Part shown: positions 39,238-52,214 of the stretch, piece after piece
How the letters are laid out: every line of letters starts with the position of its first letter
Position numbering within the stretch: the stretch's first letter is position 1
Assembly (NCBI RefSeq): GCF_009834535.1
Contig: NC_045713.1
Location: 14,508,001 to 14,572,000, forward strand
Direction: 5' to 3'
DNA: 64,000 bases
Source of the DNA: Camelus ferus
Taxonomy: Eukaryota
The notes under the pieces: model-generated
What the model was told of the DNA's origin: nothing
The model's database searches: none
Seen by the model: only the letters and a program-made list of their open reading frames with translations
Made by a program: the position numbers and the translations under genes

Positions 39238-40189
39238 GACAAAATGGGGGCAGATAAAGCCTGAAAATCTGTCCCACTAGGTAGATCTCTCTGTTTCTGG
39301 CAGATCTGGGGAGATCACGCAGGGAGAGATGCTGGGGAGACTGTGCAATTCTTCCCCACGACAAGGAGGATGCTCATATAACAACTCAATTTTTCTTTCT
39401 TACTTCCTCCCCACGTCACCTCAACTTTCTTTCTTCCTACCTGATGCAGTTGTCATATGACCAGGGCTACAAATACAAGTGCCTGAAACAGCGATGATTC
39501 CTAAATAAGCGATTGCAACTATATTTAAAACCTTGTGTCAGAATTCCTAAGTATCTGATGGCGCAGGATGTGCCTTCACCCCCTCTGACCAGATTGGTAC
39601 TAACAGTGAATGCAGCTATATCGATGGTGGTAAAGATAGCTGACCACTCTGCATCTGGATAACCTCAGTCTGTGGACCAGGGAGAAGGCACTTGGTACAC
39701 TAGTATTGCTGCCTGTAATCTAGACCCGCACAGCGGCCGAACCTAATGTCCCTTCCAAAGGTGGAAGCATTTGGGTATCAATACAAGAGAGGAGGAATCG
39801 CAGCCAAGGGTAAAGTATAGCTAAGTGACTTATGTAATGAAGGAGATTCAATTTTACATTAACACCTCAAAAGAGTCTCAGAGGAAGAGATAATATTTTC
39901 TCTTAGCTCTATTATACTGGATGCCTGGAATGGTGAAGGACACAGGACAAAACAGTCACCCACAAGACGAGGAGAGAGAGAGGCCTTGAAATGGCAGGAG
40001 AAACCAGCGTTGCCTGCACCTTGGTCTGGGACTTCCAGCCACCAGAACCGTGAGGAAGTGAATTTCTGTGGTTCACGTCATCCAGTTTGTTATGGCAGCC
40101 CCAGCGGACAGGATCTCAGTGTTTAGTTTGCATCTCTAGCTTGCTAATCCTGCTCACTATTTATTTTGTTTAAAATACACGTGGGGTCC

Positions 40190-41450
40190 TGTCGCTGCTC
40201 TGTTCCAGAGACTGAGCTGTTTCCCTCACCTGCCCCTAGGCCAGGAAGTCCACCCCCACCTTCCTCCTCATCCCCTCCAGCTGCCCGGCTTCCCAGCACC
40301 GGGCTCCGCGGGGGGCGGCTCTGCGGGCCCCCAGGTCTCTGCCTCCCAGGTCTCCTCCCATTCACTCGCTCCTCTGCCCTGCGCTCCTGGCACGGGGCAG
40401 ACGTTCCAGCTTCTGCGAGGATGTTCCTGGATTTTAAAGTCTAGAACCCGCAGAGCGCGGGGCACGGTCCTGTAGTAGCAACCGGGTCTGGGATCTAGGG
40501 ATGCTAAGATCACCCCATAGGAGGCAGGGACCCGCGCAGCCCACGCGTTTGGGGGAATGAATTCGGGGACCGCATGTGAAGACTGGCGCCGCACTCGCGC
40601 ACGTAGGGGAAGGGGCCGCTGGCGGAGATGGGCGGGGGGCGTGCTGGAGCCGGGTGAAGAGGGAAGCGTCGCAGCCTCCTGCTGCCAGGAAATCCAGCCA
40701 CGCAGTGCGGCCCGAGCCCTGGGGTCTCCGGGAAGGGCGGCTGGAGAGGGGGAGGACGCCGAGCCGCCCCTCCCCCGGGCGGGGCGGAGCAGATGTGAGA
40801 AAGCAGAAGCTAGCGGCCCTCCGGGACGTCCTGAAGCTGGATCTGCGAAGAGAAACTTGCAGCCGGGCCCGGGGCTACTGGGGACACCACCCGGCCCACC
40901 CCATCTCGCTGAACGACTGAGGGTCTGGCCATTTTCCTTGCGGTGCCGTCGGCGCTTAGCCGGTGCGCCTGCCCCGCCCCGCCCCGCCCAGCCAGCCTCT
41001 CCCGTCCAGAGAAGGGACCGTTAGCGCGGACAGGACCATCCTGCTACCCTGAGAGGCCGCCGCCGCGGACCCGGAACCTGCACCTCCGCGCCCTTCCCGC
41101 ACCCTCTCAGCCCTCCGGGCCCTCCGCTGGACGTCCCCGTGCCCCCTCGTCGTGCATCCCAGGGCCCCGTACCCACCCCGCGCGGCCCATCTCCTTGCCC
41201 ACCCCTCGTACTCCGGCGCCGGGTCCCCGGCGCCTCTCCGAGCCCCTGACATTCTTCCCCAGATCTCCCGGGCGGCCCGGGTCAGGTCCCCACCAGCCAC
41301 GCCGGCTGCCCGGGCAGGAGCGCGCCATGCTCCGGCTCCTGGCGCTGCTGCTCCCGCTGCTGCTGCTGCTGCCGCCGCCCATGGGCGCCCAGGAGCCGTC
41401 CGCGCAAGACGTGAGCCTGGGCGTGGTGAGTGCCGGGGTCCGCGGATTCC
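40190..41450. promoter_or_regulatory. MMP25: MMP25 CpG island / promoter
   Basis: High GC and CpG density with multiple GC boxes (ccccgcccc) upstream of the ATG at 41327. Confidence 0.7.
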
Positions 41451-44158
41451 TGGGATCTGCTGTGGAGCTGGGAGAGGGAAGCCGGGGCCTGGACTCCTGG
41501 GTTCAGAAGAGGCTGCGGGTAGATTGAAATGTCCAAAGAGTGACCGGGGATGGGGACTGGGGACCTGAATTCTTGGATCCCTCAGGAGGTTTGGGCCCCG
41601 AATTTGGAAATCTGGAAAAGGGCTGGGGTGGGGAGGTGGGGACCTTTGGGTCCATGTGAAGACTGGCAAACGCGGGGCTGGAGGGCCTGGACCTTGAGAT
41701 GGGGAGCTGGGGGCGTACCCTGTGCTGGGGACCCTGGGCTCTCCATGCCTGGTGAGAGGTGGGCTTCCAAGATGGTGGCAATGAGGGAGAGTCCCATCTC
41801 TTCGACCCATCCGGCTTCCCCTGTATCCTCCTATTGTCTAGGACTGGCTGACCCGCTATGGCTACCTGCCGCCACCTCACCCTGCCCAGGCCCAGCTGCA
41901 GAGCCAGGCAAAACTGCGGGATGCTATCAAGGTCATGCAGAGGTTTGCGGGACTGCCAGAGACAGGCCTCCTGGGCAAGTGACCCCCCACCCCCTCCCCT
42001 TCCCTGCCTCCACATCCAGCCTGACCATTATTTCCCACCTGATCGCAGTTTCTAAACCTCTGCATGCAATCATGGGTGTTTTGAAAATGCTCACCTCGGG
42101 GGTCCCAACCTAGGAGGTTCTAAGACATTCCTCTTTTAATAAATATTTATCAGCAATCTCTTCTTGATAAACGACATACGAGGTCATTTCAGGCTCCACT
42201 GGTATAGTGGTGAGCAAGGTGGGTGAGGTCCCTGCTCTCCAGGAGCTAACATTCTAGACACACATACACAGATCAAGGACAGAAATATGTAAACCAATTT
42301 CAGGTAGTGATGAGTGTTTTGGAGAAAATAAAATGCTAATGGTATTCAGGGGCTGGGCTGGTCAGGGCAAGCTCCTCTGAAAGTTGTCATATGAGTTGAG
42401 AGGAGCTCATATGATGTTAAGAATTCATAGGACCCAAAGAAGAGGAACCAGTAACGGGAAGGTGTGGGAGAAGAGTGTCCCAGGCAAGTGCCAAGGCCTT
42501 GTGGTAGATATAGGCTTGCATGCATAAAATGAGAGAACAGAAGAGCTAAGCAAGAGCCTGATCAGGGGGCCTTGAGAGGTGCTTGGGTTTGATTTCAAGT
42601 GTGATAAGAAACCATGAGAGGTTTTGAAGAAAAGAGACAACTCGATCTGATTTGCAGTTTTAAGCTTCTTCTGCTTGCTGATGGAGAATGAAGGGTGGGG
42701 AGCATGGAGACCAGGAAGGAGGCAGGTAGTGTACAGGCAAGGATGTGATGGGAAGCAGTTGCATCCAGGGTATATATTTTGGAGGAAGAGCTGAGAGGCT
42801 CATCTGTTGGGCTAAGTGAGAGGAAGAGGGAAGTGGAGGGATTCTGTCCAGCTACGAGGGAAGGTAGGACTTTTCCCTGTCCTGTCCACTGCCGAGCAGT
42901 GTCTGGTGTTGGGATGTGCTCAATTGCTTTTTTTCACCTCAACCAACAAAGTGAGGTTTGACTTTCATTGGGAGATGAAGGGGCTGCTGGAAATGGCACC
43001 CAGCAGGGAAAGGGGATTCCAGGCCACCTAACTGGGGAAGTGCTTGCTATCAGAGACCCAGCTAGCCCAAGGACTTTGAACTTTACTTGGATGTGATGGG
43101 AACTTGGGAGCTAGGGTGTGAGGTTTGGGCAACCCCCCTGAGCGGGGGATTCTAGCCTCAAAGACAGGAGTTTTCACTGCACCCCCAGTTCCTTTCTCTA
43201 GAGTCCAGCTACGAGGGCTCAGGGGAACGGGGTGCCCAGATCTTGGCTTGAGACTCTGGGCACCACCTGGCGGCAGCCATTCCATCCAGAGCCAGGTGCA
43301 GAGGGTGATCCTACCCAGAATGGCAGTGGCATAATTTGGTATGAGCTGCCTTCCAGAATCAGACTGCCTGGGTTCAAATCTAAGCTGTGGGGCCTTCTTA
43401 GGTAGGTTTTTGAAGCTGTCTGAGACTCAATTTCCCCACATAGAAAGTTAGCTGGTACTACCGCTGACTCCTCTTCACTGCAACCTCTCCCACAGACCCG
43501 GTGACAGTGGCCACCATGCATAAGCCCCGCTGCTCCCTGCCCGACGTGCTGGGGGTAGCGGGGCTGGTCAGGCGGCGGCGGCGGTATGCTCTAAGTGGCA
43601 GCATGTGGAAGAAGCGAACCCTGACATGGAGGTAGGTCCCAGTGCCCTCTCTCACCCTGGGCCTACCTGTTGGGCCCAGCTTCGAATGGCTGCTTTATCT
43701 CTCCTCTGCGCCCCCTTACTCCCCACGCTTCTTTCCCCAGGGTCCACTCTTTCCCCCAGAGCTCAGCACTGAGCCAGGAGACAGTGCGGACCCTAATGCA
43801 CCATGCCCTGACCACCTGGGGTGTTGAGTCAGGCCTCAGATTCCAGGAGATGGGTTCTCAGGGCCCGACAGAGCCTGACATCCTCATCGACTTTGCCCGG
43901 GCCTACCATCAGGACAGTTACCCCTTCGACGGGCAGGGGGGCACCCTCGCCCATGCCTTCTTCCCTGGGGAGCACTCCATCTCTGGGGACACTCACTTCG
44001 ACGATGAGGAGACCTGGACCTTTGGGTCAAAAGGTACAATCTCCCCTCTTCTAAGAGGCCCTCTCCCCAGATCTGTCTGTCCTTAAGAATTAAGTTTAAA
44101 TTACATTTATTGATGGAGGCTGTATCTGTTGGGCTTCTCCAGAGAAATAGAACCCTGA

Positions 44159-44189
<31 letters not shown>

Positions 44190-47100
44190 GAAGAAAGAGA
44201 GAGAGAGTGTGTGTAAAGTCATTTATTTTAAGAAATTGACTCATAGGATTGCAGAGGCTGGCAAGCCCAAAATCTGTAGGGCAGGCCTACAAGCTGGAAA
44301 TTCAGGTGAGATGGGATGGTGCAGTTCTGAGTCTGCAGAACAAGCCAGCTGGAAACTCAGGCTGGATTTCTATGTTGCAGTCTTCAGGCGGAATTCCTTC
44401 TCCAGGAAACCTCAGCTTTCACTAGTAAGGCCTTCAACTGATTAGATGAGGCCCACCCACAGTATGGAGAGCAATCTGCTCTACTTACAGTCAACTGATT
44501 AAAGATGTCAATTTCATCTACAAAATTACTTGCACAAGAACATCTAGATTGGTATTTGATCAACCAACAGGGCACCATAGTTTGGCCAAGTTGACACAGA
44601 AAATTGCCCATCACAGAGACCTGTCAGGTGCTTAATGCCATGCTGGGGCTGAGGACTTAAAGGGGCAAAAACACAGCTCTGGCAGCAGCTGAGTCAGAAG
44701 AGTAACAGGCAGTTGTGACACACGGTGACACAATTATGGGAAATCATAGCAGAGGAAGTCCTCAAGCCTGGGGGGTGCTGCAGCAGTGAGGTTTTGTTTG
44801 TTTGTTTGTTTTGTTTTTTTACTGGAGGTACTGGAAATTGAACCCAAGACCTTGTATATGCTAAGCATTCACTTTACCACTGAATTATAACCTCCTCCTG
44901 GGAAGCAATGACTTTGTTCATTCCACATATATATACTGAGTGCCAATCAGTGCACAAGGTCCCACTCTCCCAGACTATGCAGGGTGCGGGTGGGGGCGGG
45001 AGAACACACAAGAAAGCACCTGCCAGTGAGCTGGCTGAGGCCAGGAGAGTCAGGGGTGGGAGCACTGGGGTGAGAAATGGCCTGGAACATTCAGGGCTAG
45101 AAGGAAAAACTGTGTTGGGAGGGGACTGCGGAGGATGGAGGGTAGGTCTTATACCACAAAGGGCCTTGGAGAGTACATGGATGAGTCTGGACAATAGGAT
45201 TCTGAAGGTGGAAGGTTGTGCATTCTAGAACTACTACTGGCTGCTGTGGGGGGCAAGATAGGGACAGTGCGGTGTGCAGGTAGGAAGCCGCAGGGTCCAA
45301 GTAAGAGATGGGGGTTGGGAATGGGGATGAAGATGAGGGCAGAGGATGGGCAAAAATTGGGATCTGACTGGATTCTGGGGGCAAACAGGGTGGGGAGTGT
45401 TGGGTACCGGTCAGGTTTCCAGCTCAGGGCCCCTAAAGGATGGTGTCCTGTTCATGCAAGTGGGAAGTGTGGGAGGAGGAGGAGCAGGCTGGGGAAGGCA
45501 GGGGTGAGTTCAGGTTGGGACATGTATCTGCAGTGCTGGTTGGCTGGTTGGCGCAGGTGGTGCATTGGTGGTTGAGGATCTTGCTCTAGAATGTGGATTC
45601 CTCCAACTTCACGCAGGTTCCCCTGAAGTGGAGCTTGAGAGGGAAATTTGTGTGCAAGTAGTTTCTCAGGGGGCACATTCTCAGGGGAAAGGGAAACAGG
45701 AGAAGACTGAGGGAAAGAAGCTAAGCAAGAATGTGGTCTCAGCTGGAAGGGAGCCTGATCCTGCGGGGAACTCTGCAGCAGAAATAGTACTGTGGGGTTG
45801 GTTCGTCCTGGAGGCAAGAGGCACAACTTTTCCAGTCCCTGATCAGTCAACTATGGTTGCCAGCTGCTGGGGTAGGCTGGGCCAGGAGGGAGGGCCATTT
45901 TGTGGGGAAGGTAGCAGCTGGAGGCTGGGCACACAGGCTCGGTAAGGACTTGGGTGAGGTGCAGATAGCCTTCACAAATCCACAACAGTGAGGCTGTGTG
46001 ATGCAGCACGTGAGAACTTGGGTTTGCAGCGGAACTCAAGCTGCCTACTTCATGTATAAATTTCTTGACCTCAATGTGCTCAGTTTCCTCATCTAAGAAA
46101 TGGGGATAATCACAGTACCTGCTGGTACCACGGGCTGGCAGACTGAATGAGTCATTCACCAACAGCTCTCAGCATGGGGCCTGGCACAGAGTAGGGCTCC
46201 ATTCACTGCCAGCTGCTATGAGCTGGGCCTAGTAGCAGAGAGTCGTTGGTACTGGGGGTGGGTAAGGTTCCAGGGAGTGAATGTGGAATGTGAAGGTTGA
46301 GTGCAGAGCAGTGGAGAGTCCCAGAGTTAAGGGGAGGGTGGCAGGGAAGGTGGAATTCGAGGAAATGGAGGGGAAGAAAAAAAAAAAAAACAGGTTGAAA
46401 GGTGATTTAAAACCAAAGCAAAGGAGGAAGTGGTCAGCAGGGAGCAGGGCAGCAAATCAGTCCAGTAAGTTACTTAGGCCTGGATTTGGTCATCTGGGGA
46501 CAAAGTAACCTGTAGTGCCCACAGGTTTGGTGGGTGGGGGAAGAATCCAGACCACAGGGGCATGAGAGGAGCTGAGGAACTGAAGACTGATACTCACTGA
46601 ACTCAAAGAACTTGCTTTGGAGGGAGAGGGTGAGGGGCAGGGTAGGACGGGGGTGTCTCAGGATGAGGGAGCCTTGAGCACTCAGGTGCGGTAGATGAGC
46701 CAATAGAAAGAAAGGGGTGGGGGTGGATGCATGGATCGTGGATTGATGGATGGATAAATGGGTGGATGGATGGACATGGATGGATGCATGAATGCAGGGA
46801 TGACGGAGGGGACGGGGATTGTCCTTCTCCTAAAGAAGGTGAGCGAGGCCAGGACCTTGAGCAGGGCAGCACAAGAGGTAAGAGATGAGCATGGGGAAGG
46901 TGAAGCTATCTGCCCCTCTTTCAGATACACAGGAAGTCACAGATTACATCAGTGGCCAGTCTTGATGAAATAGGAAATACATTTGTCAGCGTTTGTCATC
47001 AAAGAGTTGGGGGTTGGAGCTGGAGCTAGGTAGTGGCTTGAGAGGCTGTGGGTCTAGAATTGAGGCTGAGTGGAGAGAGCAAAGGAGCTGCCCGCTGAGG

Positions 47101-50100
47101 TCTTGGGCAAGGATGAGAGGAGGTGCCGAGGACTCCCTTAGACGGGCACTGGCAGTCTCACGGGGCTGTATCTGCACAGTTGTGAAATTTCCCCAGCTGA
47201 ATATCATGACAAGGGTGCAAGGAGGGGGTGTGGCTAAAGGAGAAGCAAGGTAGGAAGAGGGGTGAGATATGAAAAAGCTCTACCTGACTAAGACACCAAA
47301 CTTCCTCCAATTTCTTAGAAAAAGTACTCCAAGCAATGAGAACACCCACAGTCAACATGGAAATTCATTAGTACTTAGGAGTCTGACCAAGATGTCCGAA
47401 ATCACTGCTGAAAGGCAGGACAGCACAGCCAGAGTGCCAGCCGTGTCCAAGCTCTGCCATATAACTTGACTTCTCTGTGCCTCAGTTTCCTCACCTGTAA
47501 AATGGGGAGAGGATGTAGAGATTTGTGGAAAGTAAATGAGGACAAGTGTTTGCTAGTCCTCTTATGTCTTACACATTTCATGCTTAGATTCTCATCTAGT
47601 GGCCATAAGGGGCTGAGAGAAATTGGCTTTTCAGTTCACTGGGTTACTTCCAATAAACCCACTTTCAGCACTGCTCACTCTAGTTAGAAATTTCCCTGAA
47701 GCAGATCAACATCTGGGGGAATCTGTGCCTCCCTGTGGGGGCTGCTTGCCTCTCTCGCTTTGTCCTTTCTTGGCCTCTCACTGGCTCATAAATCGATGAG
47801 GAGCTGGGGTTCAGCCAGCAGCTGGGTGCGTGGAGAGGCTAGGTCTTGCCTGGCGCCTGGGCTGGGTCCCCAAGAGAGAGACTTCTGTGGTCAGAGAGGC
47901 TGCGCGCCAGGCCAGCAGGCTGTGGTCGGAGAGTGCCTGCTGGGGCTTCACATTCTGAGACTGATGGAGGCTGCAGTGGTGGGGAGGAGAAGTGAGGACC
48001 CCAGGGAGGTGGGAGTGGAGGCTGTGGGAGAGGGAGATGGGGGAGGGGAAATAGAGGACTGAAGGGTTGTGGGAGCTAGAGGAACGGGGATGGAATGAGG
48101 GGGGGGGGCAGGAGAGGACCATGAGGGTGCGAGTGGGGCCAAGGAGTCTGACCAACATTCCCTGTGGGTGGAAGTGGGAAGGGTGGGGAGGAGTGGGGGG
48201 CCTCTGCCAACAGACTGGAGCTATGGGAAGGGGGTACTCCAAGGGCTGGGGCTTCCTCAAGAGAACTTCATGCACCCTGAGGTTCCTGCTCTCTACAGAA
48301 TGTTTCTGTAGGCTGCCTTCCTGGAGGAAGGGGCTACATCAGAGTAAAGTACTCCTTCCTCTGTCCACACTGTTTCCTCTTGCCCTTTCCCTAACATGCT
48401 CTGTGGGTCTTTTCAGCCCGGCACCTTAGGGTCTAGCGTTGCCATACAAGGCTACTCAAAAATATTTACGAAATAAGCAAACCCATAGAGGATGGATAAA
48501 AGGGCTCAGGGAGGGGTCTGAGCAGAAGAAGCCATGGCCACCTCTGAGGGTCTCCTGGCTGTTTCTGTCCACCAGAAGGCCCCACTCCCAGGGGCTTCCT
48601 GGTTGCACTGGGAGGTGCGGGCTGGGGGTGAGGCACAGCTCCAGCCCAATCTCCCTCCCTCCCCAGATGGTGAAGGAACCGACCTGTTTGCCGTGGCTGT
48701 ACATGAGTTTGGTCACGCCCTGGGCCTGGGCCACTCCTCAGCTCCCGACTCCATCATGAGGCCCTTTTACCAGGGCCCAGTGGGCAACCCCACTGAGTAC
48801 CGCCTGTCCCAGGATGACCGCGAAGGCCTCCAGCAGCTCTACGGTATGGGGAGTGATGGGGTGACTGCCTGGTGTTCGCCTCGGCAGGGTCAGGAGACCC
48901 ATGCCTCTCTAACGCTCTCTCCACAGGGAAAACACCCCAAACCCCTTATGACAAGCCCACAAGGAAACCCCTGGCTCCTCCTCCCCCACCCCCTGCCCTG
49001 CCCCCGGACAGGTGAGTCCCCCGCCAGCTGCGCGGGCTTGGGTGAGCTCCCTAGCCTGAGTGTCCTCCTCCATGAGATGGGCATGGTAAGAGTCCCTGTT
49101 ATCAAGGTTAAGGAAAGGGAGGAGGAGCCCCCTACCTCTCTCTGCTCACCTGTCTTCTCCTCAGCCCCTCCCAACCCGTTCCTGATCGATGTGCTGGAAA
49201 TTTTGACGCCATTGCCAACATACGAGGCGAAACTTTCTTCTTCAAAGGTGAATGACTTCGGGTCTCTGGACCACATATAGTTGGTTTCCTCCCCGCTAAG
49301 GGTGACCCACCCAGGCTATGGGGTTCCCAGGGATGCGGAACCTTCAGTGCTAAAAAGGAGAAAGTCCTGGACCAGCCGGTCGCCAGAGACACACTGCACC
49401 CTTGATTTCCAGATGGAACTGTCTGCCCATACCTGGGAGGGGAGACCTAGCCCTGTGTCCCAGCTACCCACTGGGGTGGGGAGGGAGGAAGACCGCTTGC
49501 CATCTCACGCCCGCAGGCCCACCCCTTCTGCACCGCAGGCCCCTGGTTTTGGCGCCTCCAGCCCTCGGGACAGCTGGTGTCCTCCCGGCCCGCCCGGCTC
49601 CACCGCTTCTGGGAGGGGCTGCCGCCCCAGGTTACGGTCATCCAGGCCGCCTACGCCCGGCACAGAGACGGCCGGATCCTCCTCTTCAGCGGTGAGTAGG
49701 GGCCGGGGCCGAGTTGGCGCCGGGGGCGCGGAGCTCGCCGCTCACCCGGCCGCCTCCCCGCAGGCGCGCAGTTCTGGGTGTTCCAGGACCGGCAGCTGGA
49801 GGGCGCCGCGCGGCCGCTCGCGGACCTGGGGCTGCCCCCGGGGGGGGCGGTGGACGCCGTGTTCTCGTGGCCGCTGAACGGGAAGACCTACCTGATCCGG
49901 GGCCAGCGGTACTGGAGGTACGACGAGGCGGCGGCGCGCCCTGACCCCGGCTACCCACGCGACTTGAGCCTCTGGGAGGGGGCGCCTCACTCCCCCGACG
50001 ACGTCACTGTCAGCAACACAGGTGGGAGAGCGCGCGGGGACGGTCCCGAGGCCCCGAGGGATGCGGAGCTCGCGGCGGGACCGGGGGTTTTTCGCAGAGC

Positions 50101-50457
50101 CGCGGGGAGAAAGCGGCCCGGTGGGAGGGGGCGGGGCTCGGGCGGGTCTGGACCAGCCCCCAAAGCCCCTGCTCCCTCCCCTCAGGTGACACCTACTTCT
50201 TCAAGGGCGCCCACTACTGGCGGTTCCCCAAGGGCAGCGTCAAGGCCGAGCCGGACTCCCCCCAACCCATAGGCCCTAAGTGGCTGGACTGCCCCGCCCC
50301 CAGCGTTGGCCCTCGCGCCCCCAGGCCCCCCAAGGCGACTCTTCATCCTGGAGCCTGCGACTGTCAGTGCGAGATCAGTCAGGCGGCGGGGCGGCCGTCC
50401 GTGCCCCTCCTGCTGCCCCTTCTGCCCCTGCTGCTGGGGGGCGTCGCCTCCCGCTGA
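41327..50457 (+). CDS. MMP25: Matrix metalloproteinase-25 (MT6-MMP, GPI-anchored), 10 exons, 562 aa
   Basis: join(41327-41425,41842-41974,43496-43631,43741-44033,48667-48843,48927-49011,49165-49247,49539-49691,49764-50021,50186-50457) = 1689 nt. Cys switch PRCSLPD, furin site RRRRR, zinc motif [11 protein letters not shown], Met-turn, hemopexin repeats, hydrophobic GPI signal. The intron 2 donor is GC. AATAAA at 51897. Confidence 0.97.
42160..43000. mobile_element. L2 fragments in MMP25 intron 2
   Basis: ggtccctgctctccaggagctaacattctag...ccatgagaggttttgaag...atctgatttgcagttttaag. Confidence 0.6.
44110..44615 (-). mobile_element. MLT2-type ERV-L LTR containing a (GA)n tract
   Basis: gggcttctccagagaaatagaacc...(ga)n...aaggccttcaactgattagatgaggcccaccc...ccaagttgacacagaaaattgcccatcaca. 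Confidence 0.85.
44790..44900 (-). mobile_element. tRNA-derived SINE
   Basis: ggaggtactggaaattgaacccaagaccttgtatatgctaagcattcactttaccactgaattata. Confidence 0.8.
46720..46800. repeat. Degenerate (GGAT)n tetranucleotide repeat
   Basis: ggatgcatggatcgtggattgatggatggataaatgggtggatggatggacatggatggatg. Confidence 0.7.
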
Positions 50458-52214
50458 GGTGGGACCCGTTGAAATACAGATGGGGCCGGATCTCCCACCG
50501 CGGGCCCTTGGGGATAATTGTGGAAACCTAGGTCCCGGGCTGGGTGGAGCTCATCGAGGACGCAGCTGGGCGGATGCAGGTGGACCTACAATCAGGGATG
50601 AGCTGGAGGGCGGTGACAAAGGGCTGGCCCTTGGCCAGGTCACTGCATATAGTCCTTTCCTCACCTCGCCCCTGGAAATCTGGACTCTGGCTGCACTGCA
50701 ACCTCTGAAGACTCTCCTTCTCCCGGAACACCTAGCCTTTCTTGGAGCTCAACCAGATGACTCCCTGTAGCTACGGTCCCGCCTGGCAACAACAGCTGTC
50801 CCAAGCCCTTTGGGTCTCTACAGGACAGGCCTGGTTGGAAAAATGAAACTGAGCCTCCCTCTCTACCGGCTGCTCTCAAGTCTCTCATCCTGTCCCGCTT
50901 CCACCACATCCCAGTCAAGGCCACATTGGTGGGGTCCCCACCCAACCCTGACCAGCCCCAATCACTAGTGTCCCACATCCTTGTGCCATCAGTGGCCACA
51001 TGGATGACACTCCACAATCCAGCCCACCATGGACTTCTTTCTGGTCACCACCCTGGTACATGAAATGCCCACACTTAAAATGACACACTTCTATACCTAA
51101 ACTATCCCTCACACCTCCACACGAGTGGGTGCCGCCTCCTCCAGGATAACTGCTAGCCTGCCATCAGCTCTGTGCTCGGGGGAGACAGTGGACTGGTTTC
51201 CTCTCAATCTAAGGTCATTGCCTCTTCAGCGCTCCTGGGTGGCGAGTAGGTGGAATCTTGTCCACCTCATTGACCACCCCCCTGCAACTCCCTACAGCAT
51301 TTAGGATCTAAACCAGTGCTTCTGCAACTATCTTTTTGGAATATTCCACACAAGAATGATCCAGGGGACTTAGAAAGGAGTTCCCATGCCTGCACTCTGA
51401 GTCCTCACTCTGGGCTGGATGAGGGGCAGAATCTGCATTTGAAAGAGCTGGGTGGTGAGTGGCCCTGATAGGCACGTGAGCTGGGCCAGCAGCTGCCATC
51501 TCTGTGTGTGATTCTTGATGCTTTTCTGTGTCTGTGCCGTGTTCTCCCTCCCAGGGGCCAACCTCTTCATGTTCCCTCCAAAGCCAAGCTGATGGCCTTG
51601 GTTGAGACAGGCCCACCCTGCATGGATGGAGTCACTTAGCATCCACTTCTCAGGATGCCACTCAGCCTCAGTGACCCCACAGTGCTGCCCAGAGCTGAGG
51701 CTGTGGGCTGCAGCCTTGCCCACCTTGGTCACAACGAGCAGACCAGTAGGAGGGCCACAGCCAGGTGTCTTGAACCAACCTGGGACATGAGAATTCTAAG
51801 CCACCAGAAGGCCATCCGGGCCTCTGTCAGGATCCTTTTGAAGTATGAGGAGGAGGAAACTTGGATTTTAAAAGCTTGTCAGCCCCACCAGGAGGCAATA
51901 AAAATGAGAAAGCCCTTCATTTCTTCTGAGCATTGATGGACTTGGGGTGAAGTTTGGTAGCAGGGACTTGACAGCCATAAATCACTCTGTTTTGCAGAAG
52001 TGGCTGGAATCCAGCATTGATGGACAGCAGGAAGGAGGGATGGGAGGGGAACGAGCGGGAAGAGGAATTGGAGGGAGCCCAGAGGAGGGATGTGTGGTGT
52101 GAAATTTGAGGCTGTTTCTGCTACAAAGGAAATTTCTCCTTTCCTAGCCTTTAAGACTTTATTAAGAAGCTACAGAAAAATGCTACCTCAGATTGAATTA
52201 TATATTTTATGTTA

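Larger units (their letters stand above)
31958..39720 (+). mobile_element. Decayed ERV-L-class provirus (MER21-like LTR start; gag, pro, RNase H and integrase remnants), fragmented by later insertions
   Basis: MER21-like start tgtgacataatagaaaaattatatattggtctctgcc. Gag-like FVNRYRPLLEDPLLKGIVRVTNLGA (~32580-32655). Protease LLDTGAPCT (~37300). RNase H-like AWFVD/WTELYAVFLA (~38270-38390). Integrase WVLTGAATDAGLGFAYPV...IISSDQEP (~38880-39030). Many stops and frameshifts. Confidence 0.8.

Noticed and set aside
40956-41810. 284-aa minus ORF and several overlapping Pro/Arg/Gly-rich ORFs
   Set aside because: Stop-poor CpG-island sequence around MMP25 exon 1; low complexity with no coherent domain.
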